A DNA stretch of 63,139 nt, counting the filler, from Bdellovibrionota bacterium (GTDB lineage Bacteria; Bdellovibrionota; Bdellovibrionia; Bdellovibrionales; JAEYZS01), in NCBI GenBank assembly GCA_963169515.1. It is 7 parts of 7 records of this genome, joined end to end, with 100 filler letters (N's around TTAATTAATTAA, not from the genome) between each part and the next. Parts side by side here need not be neighbours in the genome. Positions count along the whole stretch, not along the records: positions 4,128 to 12,870 come from CAUJEF010000069.1; positions 12,971 to 22,985 come from CAUJEF010000070.1; positions 23,086 to 28,380 come from CAUJEF010000072.1; 4 more parts are not named here. One strand, 5' to 3'. A program made the position numbers and the translations under genes. The first letter of the stretch is position 1, and each line of letters starts with the position of its first letter. Below are positions 9,902 to 23,415 of this stretch, in pieces. A model generated the notes under the pieces. The model did not search any database. It saw only the letters and a program-made list of their open reading frames with translations, and was not told the origin of the DNA.

Positions 9902-10273
9902 ATGAATAGTCCAGCAAAGAAAAGAGTCGCAAAACGCAAGTCGGTCGAAAGAATTTCTTTAACAAACATTACGACGCTGCTTCATTTTGAGAAAATTGCA
10001 GGGAAAGCAAGTTTGGTAGATGCATCGAGCACAGGGTTTTTGTTGCAAATTGAACGCAAAGATTTGCTCCCTGAACACCTCAGACAAAACTTGAGCATTG
10101 AAAGCGTAGAGGGCGAACCGGTGGTTATGGTAATAGAACAAATGGATTTAGAGCTCAGCGGCCGGATTGCCCGCACAAAATATATTGGGAAGGGTATTTT
10201 TGAAGTAGCCGTAGACTTTTCTGATGATGCCCCAGAATACTGGCGCGAATGTCTCTTTGACCTTTTGTCTTAA
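9902..10273 (+). CDS. PilZ-like domain protein
   Basis: KRVAKR (RxxxR-like) and DASSTG (D/NxSxxG) motifs; beta-rich. Confidence 0.65.
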   Translation: MNSPAKKRVAKRKSVERISLTNITTLLHFEKIAGKASLVDASSTGFLLQIERKDLLPEHLRQNLSIESVEGEPVVMVIEQMDLELSGRIARTKYIGKGIFEVAVDFSDDAPEYWRECLFDLLS

Positions 10274-10311
10274 AGCTTGATAATGTGCCTTTCAAAACTT
10301 GAGAGGCTCTT

Positions 10312-10938
10312 TTGTCCACACAATTTCAAGGCTTATTATCCGTGGCCGACAACAAACGAGATTCTGTATGGGAACAGAACTTTTTAGAACTTTTCCCAAC
10401 GGTCAAAATCAACCTATTGAAAGAAACCCCACAAAGCGGTCCAGACAATTTTCCATATCTTTTAATAGAAACCTCAGAAAAGGCAGCCGAGCCCGCCAAA
10501 GACGTTCTTGCTTGGCTATCTGATAAGGGGATTGGTTTGGTCTTAAACCCGCAGAAAGAGTTTCCAGATTACATTTGGTCCTATGGAATGATTTGGAATT
10601 ACGCTCAAACTGGAAAGTTCATAACCGAAACTTCCGAAATGGATGAATCCGCTTCGGATCAGTTCTTTGTGGGAACTCCGAGCGAATCCTATTTACCCCG
10701 AACTGTCCGTACCTTGATCAAACAATTTTGTAGCGATCAGGGAATCATGAAGCCGAAGATAACAATGCTCTCAAAGGACCAAAGGAATTTTGATTTATGC
10801 TTTTCCATAGAGTCTTTTGGCAGCCCAAGTGAAAAGGAACATGACGGCATCCTTCGTGCCCTTGCTTGGTTTTTGCCAAACCACTACAGCCTAGCAATGG
10901 TATCAGAATCCGATTTCAGCCAGTTCATAGATCTTTAG
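10312..10938 (+). CDS. Hypothetical protein
   Basis: 208-aa ORF, RBS GAGAGG, no recognisable motif. Confidence 0.75.
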   Translation: MSTQFQGLLSVADNKRDSVWEQNFLELFPTVKINLLKETPQSGPDNFPYLLIETSEKAAEPAKDVLAWLSDKGIGLVLNPQKEFPDYIWSYGMIWNYAQTGKFITETSEMDESASDQFFVGTPSESYLPRTVRTLIKQFCSDQGIMKPKITMLSKDQRNFDLCFSIESFGSPSEKEHDGILRALAWFLPNHYSLAMVSESDFSQFIDL

Positions 10939-10953
10939 TTTGTGGGTATTCCG

Positions 10954-11027
10954 TTTTCTAATAAGACGGGCGGACCAATTTTTGCAATGTACTTAATTAA
11001 AACTGGCCTGCCCGTCTTATTAGAAAA
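10954..11027. repeat. Long inverted repeat upstream of the Y1 transposase
   Basis: TTTTCTAATAAGACGGGC (10954-10971) is perfectly complementary to 11010-11027; imperfect pairing continues inward. Confidence 0.85.
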
Positions 11028-11252
11028 GCGAAGAAGGCTCTTGTCACAGAACAAGAGCCTTAAGAATACAAGACTTTTCAGAGCGCTGGGGGGCGACCTT
11101 GCGACAATGCTCCAAAGTACGTCACACTTTCACTTTAGTACGCATCTTCATTAGTAAGTCTCTTCACTGTCAAAAGCTATGTCCCAGAAAAAACTGTTAA
11201 TATTGTGCGTTCAGTGTTGCAATAATTTTGAATAATATGTACCTTCGTTCGC

Positions 11253-11798
11253 ATGCAAAAAGAACTTTTTAAAAAACAAGAGCTCGCTTATGGCGGTGAA
11301 CTTCTTAAAAAAAGAAAAGGACGGGTTTCGGGCAGGCCCCTTGTTACAAGACAAACCATGCATTTGGTCCTTCGCTCTACGCATGCCAAGGGCAGATGGT
11401 CCTTTCTTGAACCTAAGAATAAAGAAAATGTCAGAGCTATTTTAAGGAAATTTGCTGAAAAATACGGCGTCAAATTGCTTTTTGGAGCCAATGTCGGAAA
11501 CCATATTCACTTAGAAATAAAGCTTACAAATCGATATACCTACAAGCCTTTTATCCGCGCTGTGACAGCGGCGATTGCCATGAAGGTGACTGGTGTTAGC
11601 CGCTGGAAGACAAAGGAAAAGGTGGGGATAAAGAGGTTTTGGGATTTGCGCCCTTTTACCCGAGTCGTGGTGGGATGGAAATCCCGGTTAACTTTAAAGG
11701 ATTATATCAAAGTAAACCGCTTAGAAGGACAGGGAGTCAGACGTGACATTGCAAGGGTTCTGATTCAGAGGCAAAAAGAGTTACTGCAACCCGGTTAA
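11253..11798 (+). CDS. Y1 (IS200/REP-associated, RAYT-like) HUH tyrosine transposase
   Basis: HLVLRS, NHIHL (HUH), FWDLRPFTRVV, YIKVN catalytic-Tyr helix. Confidence 0.82.
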   Translation: MQKELFKKQELAYGGELLKKRKGRVSGRPLVTRQTMHLVLRSTHAKGRWSFLEPKNKENVRAILRKFAEKYGVKLLFGANVGNHIHLEIKLTNRYTYKPFIRAVTAAIAMKVTGVSRWKTKEKVGIKRFWDLRPFTRVVVGWKSRLTLKDYIKVNRLEGQGVRRDIARVLIQRQKELLQPG

Positions 11799-12040
11799 CT
11801 TTCAGCGCACATACACATAAGGTACTTACGTACGAAAATTATACATAAAATCGCTCAAACGCAGTTTATTGAGTTATTGCTATAGACGGAACTGACAATT
11901 TTGGGAACCCAATTTGGACAAATTTCCATAGATCTCATTTCATTTTCAATTAATACGCCCAAGCAATAAAATCTGGCTATTGCAGCTAAGGAGTGAGCAC
12001 ATGAATATTCCTGTCCCTGTCCTGTAAGGAGTGTACACGA

Positions 12041-12523
12041 GTGAAAAAGATATTGTTTGTCCTATTGTTTTCTTTAAGTGCGTTTGCAGATCGTCCAGTT
12101 GACGATAAAGAACAACTGGCAAAACTGAATGACCCTATGGTGAGCTATTCCTTAAAGCTAAACTCGCCGATTTCAGTTACTGAGTCTTATGCAATGAAGA
12201 GTCCCGACCATGGCATAATTTATGTGAGCATCCATATGTCTGACAATGCTGGGTGCTACATATACTGGCAAAAACGACAAAGCGCCACCGCCGAAAATCC
12301 GTATATTTTGTCGGCTGGAAATTACAAGTTGATGGAAATTGAACCAGGTTCAACAGCTCGCTCGATTAGCTTTCTAGTTCAAGATGATAGCATAGAAAAA
12401 ATCCAATGTGATATATCTGGCCAGAATATCCAAGCACTCACCCACAAGGACCTTAAAAAATCGATCCGCCATGGCTCAGTGATTCTTGAAGAATCAAGAG
12501 AGTTGAACGCGTTCGCAAAATGA
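12041..12523 (+). CDS. Secreted hypothetical protein
   Basis: Signal peptide MKKILFVLLFSLSAFA; RBS AAGGAG. Confidence 0.8.
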   Translation: MKKILFVLLFSLSAFADRPVDDKEQLAKLNDPMVSYSLKLNSPISVTESYAMKSPDHGIIYVSIHMSDNAGCYIYWQKRQSATAENPYILSAGNYKLMEIEPGSTARSISFLVQDDSIEKIQCDISGQNIQALTHKDLKKSIRHGSVILEESRELNAFAK

Positions 12524-12525
12524 CC

Positions 12526-12559
12526 ACAGAGGCCTGCGCACAAATGCGAAGGCCTTTGT
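12526..12559. terminator. Probable bidirectional terminator hairpin
   Basis: ACAGAGGCCT-GCGCA/TGCG-AAGGCCTTTGT between convergent genes. Confidence 0.6.
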
Positions 12560-12581
12560 TATATTTTAAAGTTTTTAAAAA

Positions 12582-12870
12582 TTAAGAAATTATAATTGTA
12601 CTACCGCTACCAAGGTTCCAGTGAATTTGGGCGTTTGGGCGCGGGGGCCGACCTGGATTCGGGTTCGGGCGCGGCCCGGGTCCACCACCTGGATCTGGTC
12701 GTGGGGCCGGAGGCGCGGGACGCGGTGGTGGTGGCTGCGGGCGCGGAGCTGGTGGTGGCTGCGGACGCGGAGCTGGTGGTGGCTGCGGACGTGGAGCTGG
12801 TGGTGGCTGCGGACGTGGAGCTGGTGGTGGCTGCGGACGTGGAGCTGGTGGTGGCTGCGGGCGCGGAGCT
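12582..12870 (-). CDS. C-terminus of a proline-rich repeat protein (5' part lost at contig break)
   Basis: Minus-strand frame reads (APRPQPPP)n-PRPAPPAPRPDPGGGPGPRPNPNPGRPPRPNAQIHWNLGSGSTIIIS*; repeat differences are synonymous in this frame. Confidence 0.75.
12726..12870. repeat. 24-bp tandem repeat, about 6 copies up to the contig end
   Basis: Unit TGGTGGTGGCTGCGG(A/G)CG(C/T)GGAGC. Confidence 0.95.
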
Positions 12871-12970
12871 NNNNNNNNNNNNNNNNNNNNNNNNNNNNNN
12901 NNNNNNNNNNNNNNTTAATTAATTAANNNNNNNNNNNNNNNNNNNNNNNNNNNNNNNNNNNNNNNNNNNN
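12871..12970. other. Artificial contig linker
   Basis: N run with TTAATTAATTAA. Confidence 0.98.
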
Positions 12971-13988
12971 GCTTTCGCAGGTTTTATTTGATAAGCTAAA
13001 GCTGGATCCGATTCGCAAAACAAAAACTGGATATTCGACGGATTCAGACGTTCTGGAAAAGCTTTCCAAGTCGCATCCGATCTGCCAGCTTATTATTGAT
13101 TATCGTGAACTTTCAAAATTGAAATCTACCTATGTTGATGTGTTGCCGATGTTGATTCATAAAAAAACGGAACGTATTCATACGACCTTTCATCAAGGGC
13201 TGACGGCAACAGGACGGCTTTCGAGCTCAAATCCAAATTTACAGAATATTCCAATCCGAACCGAACGTGGTTTCGCAATCCGTGAAGCGTTTGTCGCAGC
13301 CAAGGGTAAACAATTTATATCATCGGATTATAGCCAGATCGAGCTGCGTATTTTAGCGCACATTACTCAAGATAAAGGTCTGGTGACTGCCTTCGAACAA
13401 AACTTAGACATCCATCGTGCAACAGCGTCTGAAGTTTTTGGTGTTTCATTGGATGATGTAACTCCAGATATGCGACGGATGGCGAAAGCCGTGAATTTTG
13501 GATTAGCGTATGGCATGAGCGCCCACGGGCTAGCCGAAAACGTAGGTGTTTCCCGTGAAGAAGCTACTGAAATTATTAAAAGATATTTTACCAAGTTCTC
13601 TATGGTGCAAGAGTATATGACAGACACGGTTGAGTTTGCAAAAAAGCATGGTTATGTTGAAAATCAAATGGGGCGACGACGTTATATTGACGAATTGAAA
13701 TCGACCAATCACGCTATTCGAAAGTTTGGCGAGCGCGCCGCTATCAATGCCCCGATGCAGGGAACAGCAAGCGACATTGTAAAGAAAGCGATGATAGATC
13801 TTTATCAAAAATCAGAAATTCCAATGCTTCTACAGGTACATGACGAGTTATTATTTGAAGTAACTACGTCAGAAACCGCTGCAGCGACCTCAAAGATCAG
13901 AGATTTGATGGAAAATGTTGTAACGCTTCGGGTGCCGTTACGGGTAAATATTGCCTCGGGTTTAAATTGGGCCGAAGCACATTCGTAA
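12971..13988 (+). CDS. polA: DNA polymerase I, C-terminal part
   Basis: TATGRLSSSNPNLQNIP, DYSQIELR, KAVNFGLAYG, LQVHDEL. Confidence 0.98.
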
Positions 13989-14609
13989 CTATTTTTTGGT
14001 TTGCCAACCAACGACTTTGCCCCTTTCGAAATAAACTATCCGCTCTTGCACCTTGAAGCCGTCCGACGTGGCAATAGATTCTATGAACTTCCAGCGTTCG
14101 TTCCCACTTGAAACATTTCCTGCGATTTCTAAGACGTCGGGGTCACCCCAGCTATCTTTAACGGCAAGGCGATTCATTCCAATGGCGATATCATTTTTTT
14201 CTATAAGAGATGCTACCTCACGAGAGTGTCTTTTTTCCGGTGTCGAAAAACCATTTTCGTCCAGCCAACGGTCACGCGAATAAATGTCATTGATGTTTAA
14301 AAACTCTGCGCGTTCTGCGTCTGACATGAGCGATTTAAACTGTTGGTATTGTCTCTTTTCCTCAAGTCCTTTAAGCCTTTTTTCCAATCCAATGCGGATC
14401 ATTCGCTTTTCGAAAGAGAGAGGGTCAAGCCCGTTGACATTGCGATCCTCATAGGATTCTTCATAAACATTTTGTTCAAGGTTATTGTATGCAACTTCGG
14501 CGTAGCGGCTTTCAGAATTTGCGTACCCACTGCTTGGGCTTCTTTGGAAAAGGGCGCATCCACAGAGGGATAGTGACATTAAAATTAATCCTAATGTATG
14601 CATCGACAA
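13989..14609 (-). CDS. Lipoprotein with SmpA/BamE-like C-terminal domain
   Basis: Lipobox LCGC; IAIGMNRLAVKDSWGDP...ERW...VYFERGKVVGW. Confidence 0.7.
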   Translation of the reverse strand: MSMHTLGLILMSLSLCGCALFQRSPSSGYANSESRYAEVAYNNLEQNVYEESYEDRNVNGLDPLSFEKRMIRIGLEKRLKGLEEKRQYQQFKSLMSDAERAEFLNINDIYSRDRWLDENGFSTPEKRHSREVASLIEKNDIAIGMNRLAVKDSWGDPDVLEIAGNVSSGNERWKFIESIATSDGFKVQERIVYFERGKVVGWQTKK

Positions 14610-14628
14610 ATCCTTTGGTCTATATACT

Positions 14629-14654
14629 AGATCGGTAGATTTTGTATCAATTTA
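14629..14654 (-). promoter_or_regulatory. Putative sigma-28 (FliA) promoter
   Basis: Minus strand TAAA-N14-ACCGATCT, about 20 nt upstream of the lipoprotein start. Confidence 0.45.
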
Positions 14655-14716
14655 AGAACTTTTTGTTTGAACGAAGTAAAGAATTTGCCATAATCGTTTT
14701 AAGGAGTTAGAAACCC

Positions 14717-15520
14717 GTGGCCGACGAAATCAAAGATAAAAACGTAGATTTACCTGGACCTCCGCCAGATCCAGACGAGGTAAATCCAAATGCAGTACCA
14801 ACACAGGCCGCCGCGCCCAAAACCGTAACGGCCCCGCCCCCAGATATTCCGCCTGCGCTTGATATCGGATCTATTGATCTGAACGAGGCCGACACCAAAC
14901 TTGGAAAAATTATTTCAAAGTTGGGGGATTTTGCGGCAACCGTTCAGGGACAGGCAGCCGATTTTTTCCAAGACTTTCAAAATCCATTTTCGGGAATAAA
15001 GAACCTCAGTCTGATTGGCAAACTAAAATTGTCATCGATAATTTTATTGCTCGCCCTGTTTGGCGTAATTATTCATTATTGGGGTGGTCGATGGACTACA
15101 TTTTTTGAAGACCATACCGTTTATTCGCTTACAGACAAAGCGACTCAAATTATCCAACTGAACCCAGAAGAACCACCTGTTGAATTTGGAAATGATTTGT
15201 TGGTCCCGCAGCATATTGTTTTATTAAACAAAGTGGTGGTGAACCTGAAACCGTCGGCAAGATCTGGCGATAATCCCATGGCGGCATTTAATATTTTTTT
15301 GCACGCTACAAACCAAGAGGCTGCCATTGAAATCAAAGACCGTGAGCGAGAGCTTCAAGATTTTGTCCAACGAATCACAGAAGATTTTTCTTACGACCAG
15401 TTACAGAGCGAGGGGGGGAAACGAAAATGGAAAATCGCCCTTAAATCGGAACTCAATTTGGTTTTAACCCAAGGTAAAATCAAAGATATTTATTTCAATA
15501 CACTTTTGATAAAACCTTAG
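14717..15520 (+). CDS. fliL: FliL-family protein with long Pro-rich N-terminal extension
   Basis: Single TM followed by VVVNLK...ELQDFV...SYDQLQSEGGK...LNLVLTQGKIKDIYF (FliL pattern). Confidence 0.75.
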   Translation: MADEIKDKNVDLPGPPPDPDEVNPNAVPTQAAAPKTVTAPPPDIPPALDIGSIDLNEADTKLGKIISKLGDFAATVQGQAADFFQDFQNPFSGIKNLSLIGKLKLSSIILLLALFGVIIHYWGGRWTTFFEDHTVYSLTDKATQIIQLNPEEPPVEFGNDLLVPQHIVLLNKVVVNLKPSARSGDNPMAAFNIFLHATNQEAAIEIKDRERELQDFVQRITEDFSYDQLQSEGGKRKWKIALKSELNLVLTQGKIKDIYFNTLLIKP

Positions 15521-16758
15521 ATCGCTGCGCCACGAGTTTTCAATAGCGCCGCTATATCAATATTATACTGACGAATGCGATCGTTCAGTGTGCTTTTAGG
15601 TAAGCCGAGATCGGCGGCCGTCTTTCGTTGGTTGCCATGGTTTGCAATAAGCCCCTGAACGATAAGATCCCTTTCAACATCTTGCAGTAAGGGCACAGAG
15701 ACTGCATTTCCAAGTGCCTCGCCCAGAGCGAAGGGCTCTATAAGATGGTTTAGGTGTTCAGGACCGATGTATTCGTTTGGAAAAATTGCAGACGTTCGGG
15801 AAATAAGATTTCGGAGCTCTCTGATATTTCCAGGCCAAGTGTAGTTTTTTAATACTTGAACGGCGTTTTCAGAAAATCGAACTTTATATTCTTTTGCAAA
15901 TGTATATAGGAGCTGTTCAAAGTCTTCGCGGCGGTCGCGAAGCTTTGGCAGATTCATTTGGATTACATTAAGGCGGTAAAATAGATCTTTTCGAAATTGG
16001 CCATCATTAATTGCTTTTTTTAGGTTCTGGTGGGTTGCTGCAATGATTCGGACATTTGTTTTTAAGTTTTTATCACTCCCGACGGGGCGAATTTCTCTGT
16101 TTTCCAATGCCCGTAGCAGTTTAGGTTGAAGGGAAATCGGAAGATCTCCAATTTCATCCAAAAACAAGGTTCCACCGCGTGCGGCCTCGAATGCGCCCTT
16201 GCGGTCTTGGGTTGAACCAGTAAAGCTGCCGCGAATATGACCGAAAAGCTCACTTTCCACAAGAGACTCACTTAGGGCGCTGCAATTGACGGTAACAAAA
16301 GGTCCCATCCGTCGGAAGGAATTTTTATGAATATTGGCAGCAAGGACTTCTTTTCCTGTGCCTGAAGCGCCCAGGAGCAAGACGGGAAGATCTGTTTTTG
16401 CAAAGTAAGGAACGCGACAAAGCTGTTCATTCCATTTTTTAGATTTGCTTGTCAGTAAATGATTCTCATTCAGAGTGTCTTCGTTTTCTATTCGGAATCC
16501 GAAGGGGCCAATTTGGATGTGGTCCCCTTCTTTTAGCAGCGCTTCGAGTATTCGTGTTTGATTAACATATGTTCCTTCGGCTGACCGCAGGTCTCGCAGA
16601 ATAAAATTTTTTTCTAGCCTTTCGATGCGAGCGTGGCGTTCGTTGACCAATGGGCTTGCCAGTGGGACGGTATTTTCTTTATTCCGTCCAAGGGTTATTA
16701 GGTTTTCCATTTTTATGGGTTGGTTAGGACATTCAAACGGCAGTAAGTATAACTCCAC
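15517..16758 (-). CDS. FHA-domain sigma-54-dependent transcriptional activator
   Basis: FHA (LGR..., HARI, DLRSAEGTYVN), GASGTGKE, ESELFGH..GSFTGS, WPGNIREL, Fis-type HTH. Confidence 0.93.
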   Translation of the reverse strand: MELYLLPFECPNQPIKMENLITLGRNKENTVPLASPLVNERHARIERLEKNFILRDLRSAEGTYVNQTRILEALLKEGDHIQIGPFGFRIENEDTLNENHLLTSKSKKWNEQLCRVPYFAKTDLPVLLLGASGTGKEVLAANIHKNSFRRMGPFVTVNCSALSESLVESELFGHIRGSFTGSTQDRKGAFEAARGGTLFLDEIGDLPISLQPKLLRALENREIRPVGSDKNLKTNVRIIAATHQNLKKAINDGQFRKDLFYRLNVIQMNLPKLRDRREDFEQLLYTFAKEYKVRFSENAVQVLKNYTWPGNIRELRNLISRTSAIFPNEYIGPEHLNHLIEPFALGEALGNAVSVPLLQDVERDLIVQGLIANHGNQRKTAADLGLPKSTLNDRIRQYNIDIAALLKTRGAAI

Positions 16759-16918
16759 TGGGCTCCCTCCTTTTTAAAATCGTGGGTTTGAAGTTTCAAA
16801 GGTTGTGCCCTTATATAATGCGTTTTAGAGTGTACCGGATGATGAGTTCGTATCTAAAAACTTGGATTTTTACGAATTTTGGGATTCCCATCTTGTTGAA
16901 AATCTAATATATTCACTC

Positions 16919-17505
16919 ATGCCTCTGAAGCCTCAGACACAACACTCTGAGTTTTTGATAAGTGCTGTAAAGCCTGATGGCTACCCTCCCCCAGAAAAGC
17001 CCGAAATTGCAATGGCTGGCAGATCAAATGCCGGTAAGTCCACGCTTTTAAATCAGTTTTTGGGCAGATCCCTTGCGCGGGTAAGCAACACCCCAGGAAA
17101 AACACAGTTGTTGAACTTTTACAGCTGCGGGGACCATTATCGCTTGGTTGACCTGCCTGGATATGGTTTTTCCAAACAAACCCAAAAGAAAATGTACGAA
17201 TGGGATCGAATGATTCAGGCCTATTTAAAAAATCGGGAGAATCTTGCCGGCGTTATTATTGTTATGGACATACGCAGAGATTGGGAAGATTTCGAAGAGA
17301 TGTTGGCGCAGTGGTTGAAGGGTCAGAAGCGTCCCTACCTATTGGCGCTTACAAAGGCTGACAAGCTATCAGAAAAAAAGAAAAATGACAGAGTGAAACA
17401 GATAAAAATTGATTCCATGGTGGATGATATTTTTGTATGCTCGAGCTTAAGGCAAGAAGGCATCAAAGAGATAGAAAATTTTGTTTTTAACGAATGGGTT
17501 AAAAA

Positions 17506-17509
<4 letters not shown>
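16919..17509 (+). CDS. engB: Ribosome biogenesis GTP-binding protein EngB/YsxC
   Basis: GRSNAGKS, PGKTQ, DLPGYG, TKADK. Confidence 0.96.
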
Positions 17510-20945
<3,436 letters not shown>

Positions 20946-20949
<4 letters not shown>

Positions 20950-21527
20950 TGCCGTGTCGTTGGAAGTCCGTCGGCAAGAAAAATAACATAGGTAGTTCCA
21001 TCGCTTGCTTTGACTTCGGCTTGAACAATGTCCCTTGTCCCGGTAGAGATGATAAGATAGCCATCGTCGCCATGGGACAAGTCAAATTTTAGTATATACG
21101 TATCATAGGTTTCGTCGTTGAGCGATATAGAGTTGTTTTCGATCTCCAGAGGTTTGTGTCCACGCGGATAGGCCAATTCCATTTCGTATTCATCGAGCTT
21201 TTGATAGATTTTCAATTTCCCACCAATAATTCGAAATCGAATTTGTCCAAGCAGTGTTCCGGCAGGGTCAACTGTTTCACGCGTCTGTGCTTCTGGGAAA
21301 ATGGTTTTAAGAACATTTATATTGTCAAAGTGGACTTTAAATCTCAGAGGTTCGAGCGCTCTATCCAAGTATGCAAGTTTTTGATAGCTTTGAAAATCAA
21401 GCACAACCCCGTCTTTTTGAGTGATGTCTTCGAAAATGGCCGGGCATCGACTTTTTGAGGCAGCTAAAGTCGAAGATGCAATAAAAAATAAACAAAAAAA
21501 TACACATGCCGTAAGCCGCAAAATCAT
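20946..21527 (-). CDS. Secreted hypothetical protein
   Basis: Signal peptide-like N-terminus; no known motif. Confidence 0.7.
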
Positions 21528-21800
21528 GGGAGCAGACTACATCAAAATTTTTCTTAAACATATTCTGTGACGATATTGCGAATTGGGAAGCGTTGTCTGA
21601 TGAAATAATTTCAGCAAAAACCGAGTAGAGCTGTTTTAAATTTAGTCATATCAGTTCCAAGGGTTGGCTAGCGCATCGACCAAGGCCCTATCGAACCTAG
21701 CCCTAGGTCAAGGCATGGAGAGGAAATCATTCCCCCCTTTTGCAAATCTGGCTACGATGTAAGTAGTTAAAAGTATTCAACTTCGATGGGGTCCAACAAA

Positions 21801-22526
21801 ATGAATTGGCTTCTAAGTTTATCCACCGTTTTTTTTATCGCAACAAATGCGCACGCGGTAAAAGTTGAATTCCCTGATGAGGAATTGGCACAAGAATCTG
21901 TCTATCCGGTTTTTGATACCTCAACGTCTGTGAAAAAGAAAAATGTAGTGACTGAAAATCGTTTTGAGGCCGAGCTCTTTGCTGGGTGGACACTTAACGA
22001 TTCCATGGTTGAGCCTTTCAATTACGGTGGGGCAATCACTTACCACCTGAGCGACATAACTGGGATCGAATTATTTTTTACGACATTTTCATCCAAGATC
22101 AGCGGTTATGCTGAAGAGCTCAAATCAAAACCAGGTTATGGAATGAATTTTGTCGATCAAGTTCCAAAGCCGCAGTATGCATTTCTGGGCTCATATCATA
22201 TTACGCCATATTATGGAAAAATCAGTCTCACAAAACAAACCGTATGGAACATTATGATTTATGGTACAGCAGGCATCGGTCTTATTTCATTTGATACGGG
22301 TGACTTAACAAATGCAACATGGAACGGTGGCGATTCAAGCCTTACATTTAGCGCGGGGCTCGGGTTAAAGATATATTTTACAAATAAACTCAGCTTGGTT
22401 TCAGACTTACGATACCTTTTTTATCAAGGACCTAATCCAGTCTATAAAAGCCCAAGCACTCCAGCTTTCGAAGCACATTCAGTCCTAAATAGCATAATCA
22501 CTGTTGGGATGGGATATATCCTGTGA
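21801..22526 (+). CDS. Outer-membrane beta-barrel protein (GltA/B/H-like)
   Basis: Signal peptide, alternating beta strands, PYYGKISL motif; paralogous to 59109-59828. Confidence 0.8.
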   Translation: MNWLLSLSTVFFIATNAHAVKVEFPDEELAQESVYPVFDTSTSVKKKNVVTENRFEAELFAGWTLNDSMVEPFNYGGAITYHLSDITGIELFFTTFSSKISGYAEELKSKPGYGMNFVDQVPKPQYAFLGSYHITPYYGKISLTKQTVWNIMIYGTAGIGLISFDTGDLTNATWNGGDSSLTFSAGLGLKIYFTNKLSLVSDLRYLFYQGPNPVYKSPSTPAFEAHSVLNSIITVGMGYIL

Positions 22527-22985
22527 AAAGGCTAAGCGTTTTCATTCTGCTATTTTCGGTTTCGGTGGCCCTGGCTCAGCAGGGCGATGATGTTGAAGTG
22601 CCGCTGAAAGAGGGCAATAATGCTGCCGATAAATTAGAAAATGCGGCAGGCTCTGATGAAGGCGAACTCAGGCTTGAAGAACCACTACTGGATCCCATTG
22701 AAGAAGCTCAAAAAAGACCACCGCGAAAGAAAAAAGAAAAATTAGACTTTAAAGAGGACAAGGATGACTTAAGCGACATATCAGAACTTGGAAACTTTGC
22801 CCCGTTCAGTGACATCGCCGTAATTCAACGACGGTATCTGCCAAAAACATCTCGGTTTGAATTTTTCCCAAGCGTTGGAGCAATGGTGAATAATCCATTT
22901 TTCTTTAACTCCATGATTGGCTTGCGCTTGGGATATAACTTGACAGAAAAATGGGGTATCGAAGCCAATTTTGGATACATCATGC
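22523..22985 (+). CDS. Outer-membrane beta-barrel protein (GltA/B-like), N-terminal part
   Basis: IAVIQRRYLPKTSRFE...NNPFF...LGYNLTEKWGIE. Confidence 0.75.
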
Positions 22986-23085
22986 NNNNNNNNNNNNNNN
23001 NNNNNNNNNNNNNNNNNNNNNNNNNNNNNTTAATTAATTAANNNNNNNNNNNNNNNNNNNNNNNNNNNNNNNNNNNNNNNNNNNN
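22986..23085. other. Artificial contig linker
   Basis: N run with TTAATTAATTAA. Confidence 0.98.
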
Positions 23086-23415
23086 GCCAGCGCTGACAGT
23101 ATCCCAACTAATGCTGATAAAGAGGATCATGTGTCGATGGGAACAATCGCCGCACGAAAGTTGGGGCAAGTGGTTCGAAACTCAGAAAATGTTGTGGCGA
23201 TGGAATTTTTGGCGGCTTGCCAAGGATTAGATTTGAGAAAACCTTTGGAGCCAGCCGCCGGAGTGCTTGCGGCACATCAGTTTATTCGTAAGCACGTATC
23301 TTATGCCAAAGAAGATCGTTTTTTTGCGGAAGACATTTGGGCAATCGGTGATTTGATCCGAGACAATTCTTTGATGAATGTATTAAAGAAAAGCATTGGG
23401 GAACTGGAGTTCTAA
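23086..23415 (+). CDS. hutH: Histidine ammonia-lyase, C-terminal part
   Basis: [25 protein letters not shown]; precedes hutU. Confidence 0.93.
   Translation, partial: ASADSIPTNADKEDHVSMGTIAARKLGQVVRNSENVVAMEFLAACQGLDLRKPLEPAAGVLAAHQFIRKHVSYAKEDRFFAEDIWAIGDLIRDNSLMNVLKKSIGELEF

Noticed and set aside
12596..12926. Plus-strand ORFs with ELVVAADV / RTWSWWWL repeats, or a CRISPR array
   Set aside because: Shadow frames of the minus-strand Pro-rich repeat; units are contiguous with no spacers and no cas genes
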